Below are positions 46,840-56,793 of a stretch of 64,000 bases of DNA, in pieces. The notes below the pieces were generated by a model. That model saw only the letters and a list, made by a program, of their open reading frames with translations, was not told where the DNA came from and did not search any database. Source of the stretch: an uncultured virus (IMG/VR IMGVR_UViG_3300044949_002487). Its lineage: Duplodnaviria > Heunggongvirae > Uroviricota > Caudoviricetes. How positions within the stretch are numbered: position 1 is the first letter of the stretch; each line of letters begins with the position of its first letter. The DNA lies in IMG/VR virus record IMGVR_UViG_3300044949_002487; one strand, given 5' to 3'. The translations under genes and the position numbers were made by a program.

Positions 46840-48482
46840 TGCCGCTGGAAATTGCCAAGCTCGATGAACTCGACTCCGCGACTGTCGACCGGATGTTCAG
46901 CCTGTTCACGCAGTACATGCAGGAGAAGCACCCGGACGTCGAGCTGACCCGCGGCGTGTTTCACGATCTGGTCCTGTACTTCAACGCCGCCCTGAACGCG
47001 GCGGTACGAGAAAACGTCGAGCGGGTGCTGCAGAGCAACAGCCTGCTCCAAATCACCGCCAATCCCGAACTGGCCGAGCCGGAGTTGGTCGACCAGGTCC
47101 TCTCGAACTTCAACCTGGCGCGGGACGGCGGCAAGCGGGCCGTGGGCGAGGCGACGATCGTGCTCAACTTGCCGGTCACCACCTCGATTTCCCAGAACAT
47201 CACCTTCGCGGCGGACGGCGTCGAGTTCCGGCCGACCCAGACCTTTATCGCCGTGCCGCCCGGGGCGGCAGCGGGCAACGACGACGAGCGAGAGATGATC
47301 CCCGTGGGCGACGGTACTTACGCCGTGAACATCCTGCTCCAGGCCGTCGAGATCGGCGTCTCGGGAAACATTCGCCGCGGCACGACGCTGATCCCCGACT
47401 TCGTTCCCAACAATATGCGCGAGGCCTTTGCCTCGGTGGATTTCGTCTCCGGTGCAGAGGCGGCCACCAATGAAGACTACATCGCCCGCCTGCCCCAGGG
47501 ACTGGCGGCCAAGACGACCGGCGGACGGGCGAGCTACGCAGCCACAGTCCGTAGCCAGGCTGCGTTCGCCAACATCCCCCACATTTCAGTGCTGGGCTGC
47601 GGCGACGCGGAGCAGCAGCGAGACCAGCACGGGCTGTTTCCAATTTCAGGCGGTGGTCGGATAGATATCTATTGCCAGACTCACTACGCCGCCCAGGAAA
47701 AAGAGCACCTGCTGGAGGCTGTGTACATCGGCGAGGGCACGATTGGCACACGCTGGCAGGTCGTGCTGACTCGCAACACGGCGCCGGGATTCTACGAGGT
47801 CGGTCGGATCGTCAAGCCGCTAGACAAAACGTCCACGGGCTATGAAGTAGTAAACGATATCCGCGGCTGGGACCTGTCTGAGATTGAGCACGTCCCAGAC
47901 ATTGTGAACACTGCCGAGAGCGCCTACACGCGCTACCAAACGGCTGTAATTCAGTTCGAGGACACTGACACCGTCTCGACAGGCTTGGTAGTAAACCAGA
48001 GCCGCGCCTATTACACGGTAACCACGGTAAGCCTGCCCCTGATCGACGATGTGCAGGATTTTCTGAGCGGCAGAGACGTGCGCAATCGAGCGACCGACGT
48101 GCTCGTCAAAGCAGCCGTTCCGTGCTTCACAAAGATTAACTTCACGGTTCGGAAAGAAGCCACGACGCTGGCGATTGACGTTGCCGCTATCAAAGCCGCG
48201 CTGGTCGAAGAGATCCAGAAGATCGGCTTCTCCGGCCAGCTCCACAGCTCGATCATCAACGGCGTGGCCCATAGATATCTATCGGGCCGCCAGGCGGTCA
48301 GCGCGATCGACATGTTCGGCCGCATCCGCCGCCCAGATGGTGGAGTCCAGTACATCCGCGACAACACGGTGCTTCGAATTCCAGACGACCCGGGCCGGAT
48401 GGTCACCGGGCGTACGACCGTGTTCCTCGTTGGCCCGGACGATATTTCGATTTCCGTCGAGGCCGCAGGCTTTGCCGACTAG
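46839..48482 (+). CDS. Baseplate J/gp6-like wedge protein
   Basis: AVEIGVSGNI…FVSGAEAATNEDYIARL. Confidence 0.75.
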   Translation: MPLEIAKLDELDSATVDRMFSLFTQYMQEKHPDVELTRGVFHDLVLYFNAALNAAVRENVERVLQSNSLLQITANPELAEPELVDQVLSNFNLARDGGKRAVGEATIVLNLPVTTSISQNITFAADGVEFRPTQTFIAVPPGAAAGNDDEREMIPVGDGTYAVNILLQAVEIGVSGNIRRGTTLIPDFVPNNMREAFASVDFVSGAEAATNEDYIARLPQGLAAKTTGGRASYAATVRSQAAFANIPHISVLGCGDAEQQRDQHGLFPISGGGRIDIYCQTHYAAQEKEHLLEAVYIGEGTIGTRWQVVLTRNTAPGFYEVGRIVKPLDKTSTGYEVVNDIRGWDLSEIEHVPDIVNTAESAYTRYQTAVIQFEDTDTVSTGLVVNQSRAYYTVTTVSLPLIDDVQDFLSGRDVRNRATDVLVKAAVPCFTKINFTVRKEATTLAIDVAAIKAALVEEIQKIGFSGQLHSSIINGVAHRYLSGRQAVSAIDMFGRIRRPDGGVQYIRDNTVLRIPDDPGRMVTGRTTVFLVGPDDISISVEAAGFAD

Positions 48483-48489
48483 GTGACGC

Positions 48490-50073
48490 ATGGAAAAGCA
48501 GACGTTTGTCTATCCCAGCTCGGACCTTGACCGCGGCCGCAACATGCTGGCGCTGTTAGGGAGCTTCTGGTCGCGCACCTACAGCCGGTCGGACCAGGTC
48601 AACTCGTACGCCGAGGGGACCGCCCTGCTGGCGGCGCAGAATCACCGGAACCTGCTCGAGGTTGTAGCGGCGATGAGCCGCCTCGACGTGCCGCTCTACC
48701 ACGCCGAGATGTGGACGCCCGTCGTGCTGCGCCGGAGTCAGCGCAACGGCGTGCTCACGAACATCGCCCGTTTTGACCGGACGACCGAGACTTTCGACGG
48801 CAGGCTCGTTTTCGACACAGCCGCCGGGCAGCCGTTCTTCGCGTTCCCCAAGCCAGAAAAGCTGGTCGCGTCGGCGCAGATCCTGGACCGCCTGACGCAG
48901 CCGACGCTCGCCCTCTCTGAGAACGTCGACTACACGGTCGACCAGGAGCGCGGCGCCATCATCTTTGTCGAAGATCCTTTCGATAAGCCGAACCTTATCA
49001 AGAAAGGCATTTACGACAACGGCGCGCTAGTTGACGAGGAGATCACGCTCTGGGCTTTCATGGGGCAGTTCGACTACCAGTATGTCTACAGCCAGTTCGC
49101 CTATGCCTTGGGCATCAAGCTTCAGACCAGCCAGGGCTACAAAGATTTCATGAACGCCGTGTTCAGCGGCCTGGTTAACGGCGGCGCCACGGCAGGCGAC
49201 CTCGACCTGGCGTTTGCGGCGATCACGGGCGTGCCGGTTTCTCTCGAGCCGTTAGAGGTTGTCGAAGTTCTTCAGCGAGACGCCCACGGCACGCTGATCA
49301 TTACAGACAAGCACGTCTATCGCTTTCCTGAAGACGCCACGCCGATTGTTGCGGTAGGCGACCAGATCCGCGCCGGGACGCAGCTTGTCGACTCGGTTGA
49401 GATCGTGGAGCTGACGACCGGCGCCGTTCCCGAAACGATCAGCGCGTTGGCCCTGGACGAGGGGTTCCTTTCGGCCTGCTTCTACGGCGACCTGGTTTTC
49501 GAGAACAAGGACGTGCCGCTCGTCGTCAACACGGCGCACCCGTCGGGCTACACCTATTTGCGTTTTGCCCTGGGCGGCTTCCCAGCCGACGTAGAGCGGT
49601 TCTTCGACGAGCTGCACATGCGGGGCGTTGCCGAGGCGGTCCAAATTCCCGATCCGTGCGAGCGGCGCCGTCAACGGCGGGGCACGCTGGCGCATGTTAT
49701 TGACCGGCGCACAAACCCTGACGGCGAGCCGACGGTCGATAATCTCCCGACAACCATCAATCCGCTGGCGTTTATCGCGGAAAACATCCTGCGAAACAAC
49801 GTGTTCCTCGTGCGCATTAAGAGCGCTACATTGGGGCAAAATCGGCTAGGTCTGTACAATATGAGGCACCTGCGCCAACTCCTGCCGCCCCAGGCTGCCA
49901 TGATCGTTATTTACGAGATTGGCGGCATCCGGGACGTGCTGGACGGCGAGGAAAACGTGACCGACGCCGCAACCTCGTTTACCGGGATGGAGCCGCAGTT
50001 TGACAGCGTGCCCGAAGAGCTGGTCCAGGACCGCGGGGCGACGCTGAGAGTCATTTCTGGGACGTGCCAATAA
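48490..50073 (+). CDS. Baseplate wedge protein (gpI/gp7-like, inferred)
   Basis: Follows baseplate J; synteny only. Confidence 0.5.
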   Translation: MEKQTFVYPSSDLDRGRNMLALLGSFWSRTYSRSDQVNSYAEGTALLAAQNHRNLLEVVAAMSRLDVPLYHAEMWTPVVLRRSQRNGVLTNIARFDRTTETFDGRLVFDTAAGQPFFAFPKPEKLVASAQILDRLTQPTLALSENVDYTVDQERGAIIFVEDPFDKPNLIKKGIYDNGALVDEEITLWAFMGQFDYQYVYSQFAYALGIKLQTSQGYKDFMNAVFSGLVNGGATAGDLDLAFAAITGVPVSLEPLEVVEVLQRDAHGTLIITDKHVYRFPEDATPIVAVGDQIRAGTQLVDSVEIVELTTGAVPETISALALDEGFLSACFYGDLVFENKDVPLVVNTAHPSGYTYLRFALGGFPADVERFFDELHMRGVAEAVQIPDPCERRRQRRGTLAHVIDRRTNPDGEPTVDNLPTTINPLAFIAENILRNNVFLVRIKSATLGQNRLGLYNMRHLRQLLPPQAAMIVIYEIGGIRDVLDGEENVTDAATSFTGMEPQFDSVPEELVQDRGATLRVISGTCQ

Positions 50074-50082
50074 GGAAGCATC

Positions 50083-50709
50083 ATGGCCAGCGATAAGATC
50101 GGCATTAACGGTTCGGGCGTGCGCGGCCGGGTCACTATTTGGCGCGTCGAGCCGTCCGGGCTCATGACTCCGCTCCACACCCAGCGCAACCAGATCCAGT
50201 TCTCCTGGGGCCACATTGCCGCCCGGCAAATCGGCTACCGTTACCAGGCTGGCCGCCCCAGCTACCACGTCTCGGGGATGTACATCGAGTACGAGAATGT
50301 CCCCAATCCAGAAGACCCGATCAGCGTCTCCGCCTTCGACCGGGAACTCGGCGTCGACTATTACAACGGCCTGGCCCTGAGCGCCACGCAGGACTTCCTG
50401 CGGGTCGAGCAGCGCGTCGAGCCGAACCTGAGCATCTCGACAGGCTACGAGGATTACTTCGTGGCGAACGAGAGCGGCAACCAGCTCACGTTCTTCGCGC
50501 AGACCGCAGGCGTCGAGGGCGTTCATGGCAAGGACTTCAGCAGCGGAGTGAACAGCAAGGTTTACGCCGCGGCACTGGTGGCCACGCCGGAGTTCAGCGA
50601 CCGCACAAAGGACGTCATCTTTGCGCGCACAACGTTCGCCGTCGAAAACCAGGTCACCAAGGAAGCCTCGTCGCAAATCGGCATCACTTGGGACATCGCA
50701 TTTGAATAA
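50083..50709 (+). CDS. Baseplate/tail-fibre attachment protein
   Basis: C-terminal IFART…VTKEASSQIGITWDIAF resembles collar/fibre-base domains. Confidence 0.5.
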   Translation: MASDKIGINGSGVRGRVTIWRVEPSGLMTPLHTQRNQIQFSWGHIAARQIGYRYQAGRPSYHVSGMYIEYENVPNPEDPISVSAFDRELGVDYYNGLALSATQDFLRVEQRVEPNLSISTGYEDYFVANESGNQLTFFAQTAGVEGVHGKDFSSGVNSKVYAAALVATPEFSDRTKDVIFARTTFAVENQVTKEASSQIGITWDIAFE

Positions 50710-50751
50710 CGGCTAACTCACACGGATGTGTGAAAGCCTTGGAGGACACGG

Positions 50752-52650
50752 ATGTCCAATAACTGGCTGAACAATATCAAGCACGTTACCCCCGGCGAGC
50801 CCGTGCAGGCGGGTGTCGTGAGCCGTCCCGACCGGGCGCTCGTGGACCGGACTGAATATCTCAAGCAGCGGCTCGACGCCGCGGCGCTGGGACAGGCCAT
50901 CTTCGATATCGACGCTACGATCGCTCCGGACGTGCTCCCCGGACAGCCGGTCTACTGGAACGCCACGGCGCAGCGCTACGAGCGCGCCCTCGCCGCCGTC
51001 GATACCGACCAGACGACCCAGACCCTCGTCACGCTGCCCTCGAGCGACGTCCTGGGCCTGTGCTACAAGAAGAAGAACGCCACGCTCGCTGACGTCGTTC
51101 TTCATGGCGTCGTGCGGCTGCCCGAGATCACCAACGCCGTAACGGCGCCGGTCGCGGCGGGTCGGTACTATCTCTCCGCTGTAGAGCCCGGCAAGCTCGT
51201 CCGGCAGCGTCCGCCTGTCTCGGTGAGCGTGTGCTACGTCCAGGGCGTCAAGGACAACTGCGCCGACGAGCCGTGGGTCGTCGTGATGCCGCAGCTGCGC
51301 AGCTTTCTGGATGACCACATTCACTACCGTTTTGAACTGACCGCGCTGCCTGCGGGCGACCACGACCCGGAAGCCGCCGCCCTGGCGGGCGTGCACACGG
51401 TTGACAACGCCGACGCCACGCAAGAAGGCTGGCTCCCGGCCGATCACACGGTGTTCGACGGTCGAGCACCGGTGGGCGCGAAGTTCGGTTACAACTTCTC
51501 GCAGCACGAGGCGATCTCGCTCGTCTGGCCGCCCATGCCGCTCCAGGCTGTGGCCGTGCTGTGGGACAAAGGTATCAACAACGTCGGCGCCACGGAGATC
51601 CCGCTGGGCTCCGACGGCCTGTGCATCTGCGACGCCAACGGCATCTGGTGGATGAGCGACTGCTACGGCGACGTTCCGTGGCCCGCTGATCTCGACACTT
51701 CCAGTAGCGAATCGCTCAGCTCGCTCGCCGCCTGCCCGCGCGAAGAGCGGATGCGCGTGATCGTTGTCTACCTGCGTATGCTCTTCGGCAACGACCGCTC
51801 AGTGGTCACCAGCCTCAAGCCCGCGGTGGACAGCCCGATCACGATCGCTAACTGCGACGGGACGCTGGCAACCCAAGAGCAGCCGCTGACGGGCGACCTG
51901 GAGCTGGGACTAAACCTGGCGCTGGTCGACGACCCGACTGAGGTTGTGGGAAGCCGAGTCTACAAGCAGATCACCACGGACTTTAAGTTTCGCAAAGGCT
52001 GGATTGCCGAAGGCGTCCGTGTCGGCGCGGGTCCGCTTGTAATCACGGGCACACGCAGCCGCACGCTTACGACTGCAGAAAAGACGGCGCTGGACCTGCC
52101 CTCGGACGACGCGACGCTGCTGCATCAGGGTCTAGTCACGATCTCCTACGATGACCAGCTCGTGGAGCGTGAGATTTCGCCGCAGATTATTCGGCTCTCC
52201 GACACGGTTGAGCGACTGTACCTCGACATTCCCTACCTGGGTTTTCCGCAGGGCCAGGACTCTCTGGTGCGTGTCCGGCTCAACGTGCCCGGCGCCAACC
52301 TCGGCAGCAGCCTGGAGATGCGCGTCCGCGTGCAGCTCTTCGGTCGCACGTCCGCCGTGCTGCCCGAGATGACCATGTCGTACCGGCAGCTCCCGCGGCC
52401 TGCAGGTACGGTCACTGTCGGCATGCCCACGCTGCCGGGCCTGGGCGACGAGATCAGCCTGGCCTTCGATCTGCCGACTGCGTCCCTCGCTCTCGATACG
52501 CCGATCGAGGTTTCCAGCGAAGCGTTTGCCGTGACCGAGGGCGACACGATTCTTGTGACGCTCGCCCGCGCCGGAAGCGCTGATAGCTACGCGGGCGAGA
52601 TTGGACTGCTGCGCTTGTCGGGCGTCATTACCGTTCCGGGTGCTGAATAA
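50752..52650 (+). CDS. Tail fibre/baseplate protein
   Basis: N-terminal GEPVQAGVVSRPDRALVDRTEYLKQRL is typical of fibre attachment segments; beta-tulip-like GQPVYW…YYLS. Confidence 0.6.
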   Translation: MSNNWLNNIKHVTPGEPVQAGVVSRPDRALVDRTEYLKQRLDAAALGQAIFDIDATIAPDVLPGQPVYWNATAQRYERALAAVDTDQTTQTLVTLPSSDVLGLCYKKKNATLADVVLHGVVRLPEITNAVTAPVAAGRYYLSAVEPGKLVRQRPPVSVSVCYVQGVKDNCADEPWVVVMPQLRSFLDDHIHYRFELTALPAGDHDPEAAALAGVHTVDNADATQEGWLPADHTVFDGRAPVGAKFGYNFSQHEAISLVWPPMPLQAVAVLWDKGINNVGATEIPLGSDGLCICDANGIWWMSDCYGDVPWPADLDTSSSESLSSLAACPREERMRVIVVYLRMLFGNDRSVVTSLKPAVDSPITIANCDGTLATQEQPLTGDLELGLNLALVDDPTEVVGSRVYKQITTDFKFRKGWIAEGVRVGAGPLVITGTRSRTLTTAEKTALDLPSDDATLLHQGLVTISYDDQLVEREISPQIIRLSDTVERLYLDIPYLGFPQGQDSLVRVRLNVPGANLGSSLEMRVRVQLFGRTSAVLPEMTMSYRQLPRPAGTVTVGMPTLPGLGDEISLAFDLPTASLALDTPIEVSSEAFAVTEGDTILVTLARAGSADSYAGEIGLLRLSGVITVPGAE

Positions 52651-52653
52651 GCC

Positions 52654-53613
52654 ATGCCAGTTGGAAATTGGAATCTACAGTGGCTTAACCATAACTCGCA
52701 GCGCTCCTATCCGCTGACCGAGCGCGCTACCAAAACAGACACAACTGGCACGATCCGCCTGCCCGATAGCTTCATTGTCGCGCTCTACTTGCCGGTGCAC
52801 GTCGACCTGCTCATCGAGCCCGCCAAGTTCTACCTTAAGAGCCTGTTGATCTCGGCGACCGGCTACAACATCACCATCGGCTACGACGACGGCGAGACGA
52901 GCACGCTCGCCAACCCGGACGTCGCCGCGGCCAACATCGCCAAAACTGCTTATCAGCCCAACCGTTCTTTTGCGCTGGCGGGCGTCGACAACTTTTCTGA
53001 CTCAATCGGCGAAGTCGTCATCGGGCGCCTAGACGAGATCGACGCCCTACCGCCAGGGTTGTATTACTTCACGCCCGCTGGCGGCCTGCTCGAAACAGAC
53101 CCCGTGCGCCCGATGATTCGCGGCGTCACCCGGTTGCGTGTGTCAAACAACAACGAGCTGAGCGACTTTGTCTACGGCGACGTGACGTTGGTCGCCGGAA
53201 CAAATATGCGGATTGCCGTCGAAACCGGCTTAGACAACGACCCGCGCATCACGTTCAGCGCCATCTCCGGACTAAACCTAAACACGGACTGCGTCTGCGA
53301 GACGCCAGAAACAGGCGAGTGCATTCGCTGCATCAACGGTGTTTGCTCTGGTGACGGCGAGTATGTCTTTAGCGGCGGCGAGTGCATTTCAATCAGCCCC
53401 ACGACGGGCGGCCTGGTGTTCAGCGACTTCTGCGCCCAGCCCTGCTGCGGCTGCGAAGAGCTAGACGCGCTGACGCAGCAGGTCGACCGTTTTGGAGATG
53501 GCGTAAACACCCTGCAGAATTTCGTCACGCGGCTTGGATCCGAAGTGACGCAAATGTCGCTCGTCGTCCTGGGAAGCCGTCTTGGCGATTCCGGCTGCAA
53601 CACCTGTGGCTAG
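52654..53613 (+). CDS. Tail protein, RxYP-paralog 1 (Cys-rich)
   Basis: WLNHNSQRSYPL…GDVTLVAG…INGV. Confidence 0.7.
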   Translation: MPVGNWNLQWLNHNSQRSYPLTERATKTDTTGTIRLPDSFIVALYLPVHVDLLIEPAKFYLKSLLISATGYNITIGYDDGETSTLANPDVAAANIAKTAYQPNRSFALAGVDNFSDSIGEVVIGRLDEIDALPPGLYYFTPAGGLLETDPVRPMIRGVTRLRVSNNNELSDFVYGDVTLVAGTNMRIAVETGLDNDPRITFSAISGLNLNTDCVCETPETGECIRCINGVCSGDGEYVFSGGECISISPTTGGLVFSDFCAQPCCGCEELDALTQQVDRFGDGVNTLQNFVTRLGSEVTQMSLVVLGSRLGDSGCNTCG

Positions 53614-53621
53614 GAGCTGCC

Positions 53622-55148
53622 ATGAGCTGCGAAGAACCTGTCATCACGCCAGGCGGCCGAGGCGGTATTGGCGTCGTTCAGCCGCAGAGCGGGCTAGACT
53701 ACCCACTCGTCGCGCCGTCGGACGACGTTAGATATCTATTGGCCGACTTCTACCTGGCCTACGACGATCCCGGATTTTACAGCGCAGACGAGACGGTCCG
53801 CACGCACCCGCTGCGAATCAAGTGGCTCTACGGCGTCGGCTGCGAGGCGGGGTTGGCCCCTGTCTGGGCGCCTACGCCTGTCCACGAAGCCGACATTCTG
53901 ATTGTTGACGCCGACGACAACACGGTCTTCGACTCGACGCAGCTCGTGCCCGCTGACGGAGATCCTGAGTTCCGCCGGTTTCTGAAACGCAGTTGGAGCG
54001 AAGACTACGACGTCTACGAATGGATTGGTTTAAACGGTGTCTGCCGATTGGTTGTCCACAAAACTTGGCCGCCCTCTTTTGAGATCGCGCCGAAGGACTG
54101 GCCGGTGCACCTGACGCCGGAGAATGCCGTCCTGGACGCGCGCGCCGTCTACAAGATTCCCAAGCGGCTCAGGTCTCTCGCGGTCGTCTCTGAAAATGCG
54201 GAGGTCGGTACGGTGCAGCAGACTGGCGTGATCTTCGCCGCGGGAAACAACATGATCATCGCGAACGCGGCGACGACGACCAGCGGACTGCGACAGAACA
54301 CAAACATCACTTTTACCGCAGAGCCGGGCGCGGGCGCAGGAAAGTATGACGACTGCCCCGAGGAACCATCGCAACCGATTTACCGGTTGAACGGCGGCAC
54401 GCCGAACGAGTACGGAGATCTTGTTCTCTCCGGCCCAGATTGCATTTGGATTCGTCAGCCGACGACGCTCAACGTTATGGGTCGCGCAGTGCCGGTGCGC
54501 CCAAACGGAAAATCAGCGCTAGCCATCGGCAGCAATTGCCCGCCATGCTGCGACTGCCCCGACTACGCTAATACGGCGCTGTACATGAACCGAATTGCGA
54601 GCCGATATACAACAATCGGCAAGCGCTCGCACGAGGTTAAGCTGCTGCACGAAAGCAATATTGACCGGTGGACGGAGCAGCGCGATTGCCGCCTGCAGAA
54701 ACCTCTTAAGGTTATTCTTACGCCGCAGAATTGTCCGCTCATGGACGTGGTCATCATGTACTGCAATCAGTGTCAGCAGTGCGCCGAAAACGGGTCGCTG
54801 ACAGTTGATTTTTCTACGTTTCCAACAGGCGCTACCGCGATATTAGAGTGCGGATACACTTTCTTGCACGCGCCAAACTATCCAGGTGTTGAGTTTAATC
54901 TCCAGGGCGCGTATCCGACATTCACAGCGCAGCTGCCGCCAGTTGACGTGGGTAATTCGGCTTACGTTAAATTTCGCCTGCGCTTTAGCCCAAAAACCTA
55001 TCCATACCAGGTCACAGCGCAACTTTCCGGCGAAGTGAACGGCAGTCCTGTAAAAGCCGGATGTGAAGATGACGCGCCAATTGCCAGCGCAACAGATTCA
55101 GCGGCGCTCAACTGTAACTTGTCCGGCGGCACAATCCGAAACTGCTGA
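53622..55148 (+). CDS. Tail protein, RxYP-paralog 2
   Basis: AGGAG RBS; GLDYPL…LNGGTPNEYGD…CPPCCDC. Confidence 0.7.
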   Translation: MSCEEPVITPGGRGGIGVVQPQSGLDYPLVAPSDDVRYLLADFYLAYDDPGFYSADETVRTHPLRIKWLYGVGCEAGLAPVWAPTPVHEADILIVDADDNTVFDSTQLVPADGDPEFRRFLKRSWSEDYDVYEWIGLNGVCRLVVHKTWPPSFEIAPKDWPVHLTPENAVLDARAVYKIPKRLRSLAVVSENAEVGTVQQTGVIFAAGNNMIIANAATTTSGLRQNTNITFTAEPGAGAGKYDDCPEEPSQPIYRLNGGTPNEYGDLVLSGPDCIWIRQPTTLNVMGRAVPVRPNGKSALAIGSNCPPCCDCPDYANTALYMNRIASRYTTIGKRSHEVKLLHESNIDRWTEQRDCRLQKPLKVILTPQNCPLMDVVIMYCNQCQQCAENGSLTVDFSTFPTGATAILECGYTFLHAPNYPGVEFNLQGAYPTFTAQLPPVDVGNSAYVKFRLRFSPKTYPYQVTAQLSGEVNGSPVKAGCEDDAPIASATDSAALNCNLSGGTIRNC

Positions 55149-55150
55149 CA

Positions 55151-56791
55151 ATGGCTATTCGCAATCAAAACTGGTACGACCTGCAGGCCAACCGCCGCTA
55201 TCCGCTTGACGAGCGCAGCACCGGCGTTGACGACGCAGGCGCGCCGATCCACGACGACATTCTCGCGGACTGCCACATCCGCTTTCCATCAAACCTAGGC
55301 CAGTACTTGTTTGTGCAGGGCGTTACCGTCGCGCCCAGTCTAGTCACAGTAGTCTTTGGAATTGCCGCCGACCTGAATGACACAGAGCCAGTCACTGTGG
55401 CCGCTGTCTCGCTGCCGCGCACAGCCGCACAAAATGTAAATCATGCAATCACGCCGCTGGCCGACGGCGTGGCTGGCTGGGTTGTTCTCGGGCCGGGGCT
55501 CGACGAGGAATTTGCCGGTCGCTACAGCACGCCCATCCAGACTTTGGTTTCGCCGCGCTGTGCCAGACCATACCGTCCGCTGCCGATCCCGTCGCTTGGC
55601 AAGTTGAATTTAGCGACCAGTCTGCAGGGCATCATTACGTTGTCGGCGCAGGCGCCCGTGACCGCCACGTACATTCCTGCCACTGATGCGCAGGCGCTTA
55701 CAGTCGACGGCGCGCCGATCAACGCAATTCTCTTCAAGCTCGAGGGCGAGCTACAGGGCTTCAATCCGCTCCGTGAGTTTCTGGGCCCTTGTGGTCAGCG
55801 CCCTGAAAGCGGCACCTGCCCCAAGCCGCCGATTGCGACTATCAACGGCATCTCGCCTGACTGTGACGGCAACATCAACCTGGTGTTTGATGGCTTTGAC
55901 ACTGCCGTTTTTGAAAACTGCGGCGGCGTGGATGTTATCTCCAACACTGGCCTGTCGGAGGCGTGCGCTGCCAACAACGACCGTCGCCGCCGGACACCGC
56001 AAGACAAGTGCACGCCCGGCACAGAGAGCATTGACGACGGCACATGGTACGACCCGACAACACAATTGCCCGACCCGCCGACGCCTCCCGATGTCGTTGA
56101 GTCGGAAAGCCTCTTCGACGATAGCGTAATTGACTACTGCATTCTGCCGCCAATCTGCACTGATTTTGAAGCCGCAGACGCGTCTGCATTTACAGTACGC
56201 GAGGGCCTGTTTGTTTTTGAATCAGTAAGCGCGCCAGAGACCTGCAATCCAGCGTCATCGCTTGCAGCAACGCCAGAAAACAACTTTGTAGATCATTACG
56301 TTTATTCGGCTGCAAATATCGTGGGGCGCAATCTGGCGTTGTTTAAAAACTGCGCGAGCGACTGGGCGCTCGGTAAGACAATCGGGGCTGAGCTTCAAAT
56401 AACAGCGGACGGGCTGCAGCGCAACGGCGGCATCGTTCTCAATTACCTGCCCGGTAGCTCGGCGCTGGGCACGCCAACGCGCTACTTGGCCGCGCTTGTC
56501 GACGCCGCCGCCGGGCAACTCAAGCTGATCAGGTTCAACGGCACAAGCTTTGTGACTGAGTACAGCGCCGCCATGGAAACAATTGTGGGCACGTGGTACC
56601 GCGTGTCAGCGACGCCGGTACTTTCGGGTAGCACGGTTGTGGTCACGGTTGCCGTCGAGGCAGTCGACGACAGCGTGACCCCGGTGTCTTTTGCCGTTCC
56701 AATTTCCAACTACGGCGACCCAATCGGGCAGGCCGGGTTGCTGAGCCTGTCCGCCTACACCCGCTTCAACAAGTTCACAATTGAGGATTAG
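55151..56791 (+). CDS. Tail protein, RxYP-paralog 3 with C-terminal beta-sandwich (lectin-like) domain
   Basis: WYDLQANRRYPL…INGISPDCDGN…GTWYRVSA…FNKFTI. Confidence 0.7.
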   Translation: MAIRNQNWYDLQANRRYPLDERSTGVDDAGAPIHDDILADCHIRFPSNLGQYLFVQGVTVAPSLVTVVFGIAADLNDTEPVTVAAVSLPRTAAQNVNHAITPLADGVAGWVVLGPGLDEEFAGRYSTPIQTLVSPRCARPYRPLPIPSLGKLNLATSLQGIITLSAQAPVTATYIPATDAQALTVDGAPINAILFKLEGELQGFNPLREFLGPCGQRPESGTCPKPPIATINGISPDCDGNINLVFDGFDTAVFENCGGVDVISNTGLSEACAANNDRRRRTPQDKCTPGTESIDDGTWYDPTTQLPDPPTPPDVVESESLFDDSVIDYCILPPICTDFEAADASAFTVREGLFVFESVSAPETCNPASSLAATPENNFVDHYVYSAANIVGRNLALFKNCASDWALGKTIGAELQITADGLQRNGGIVLNYLPGSSALGTPTRYLAALVDAAAGQLKLIRFNGTSFVTEYSAAMETIVGTWYRVSATPVLSGSTVVVTVAVEAVDDSVTPVSFAVPISNYGDPIGQAGLLSLSAYTRFNKFTIED

Positions 56792-56793
56792 TT

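Noticed and set aside
30533..50709. Bacterial contractile injection system (eCIS/tailocin/T6SS) rather than phage
   Set aside because: It is contiguous with protease, scaffold, capsid and neck genes.
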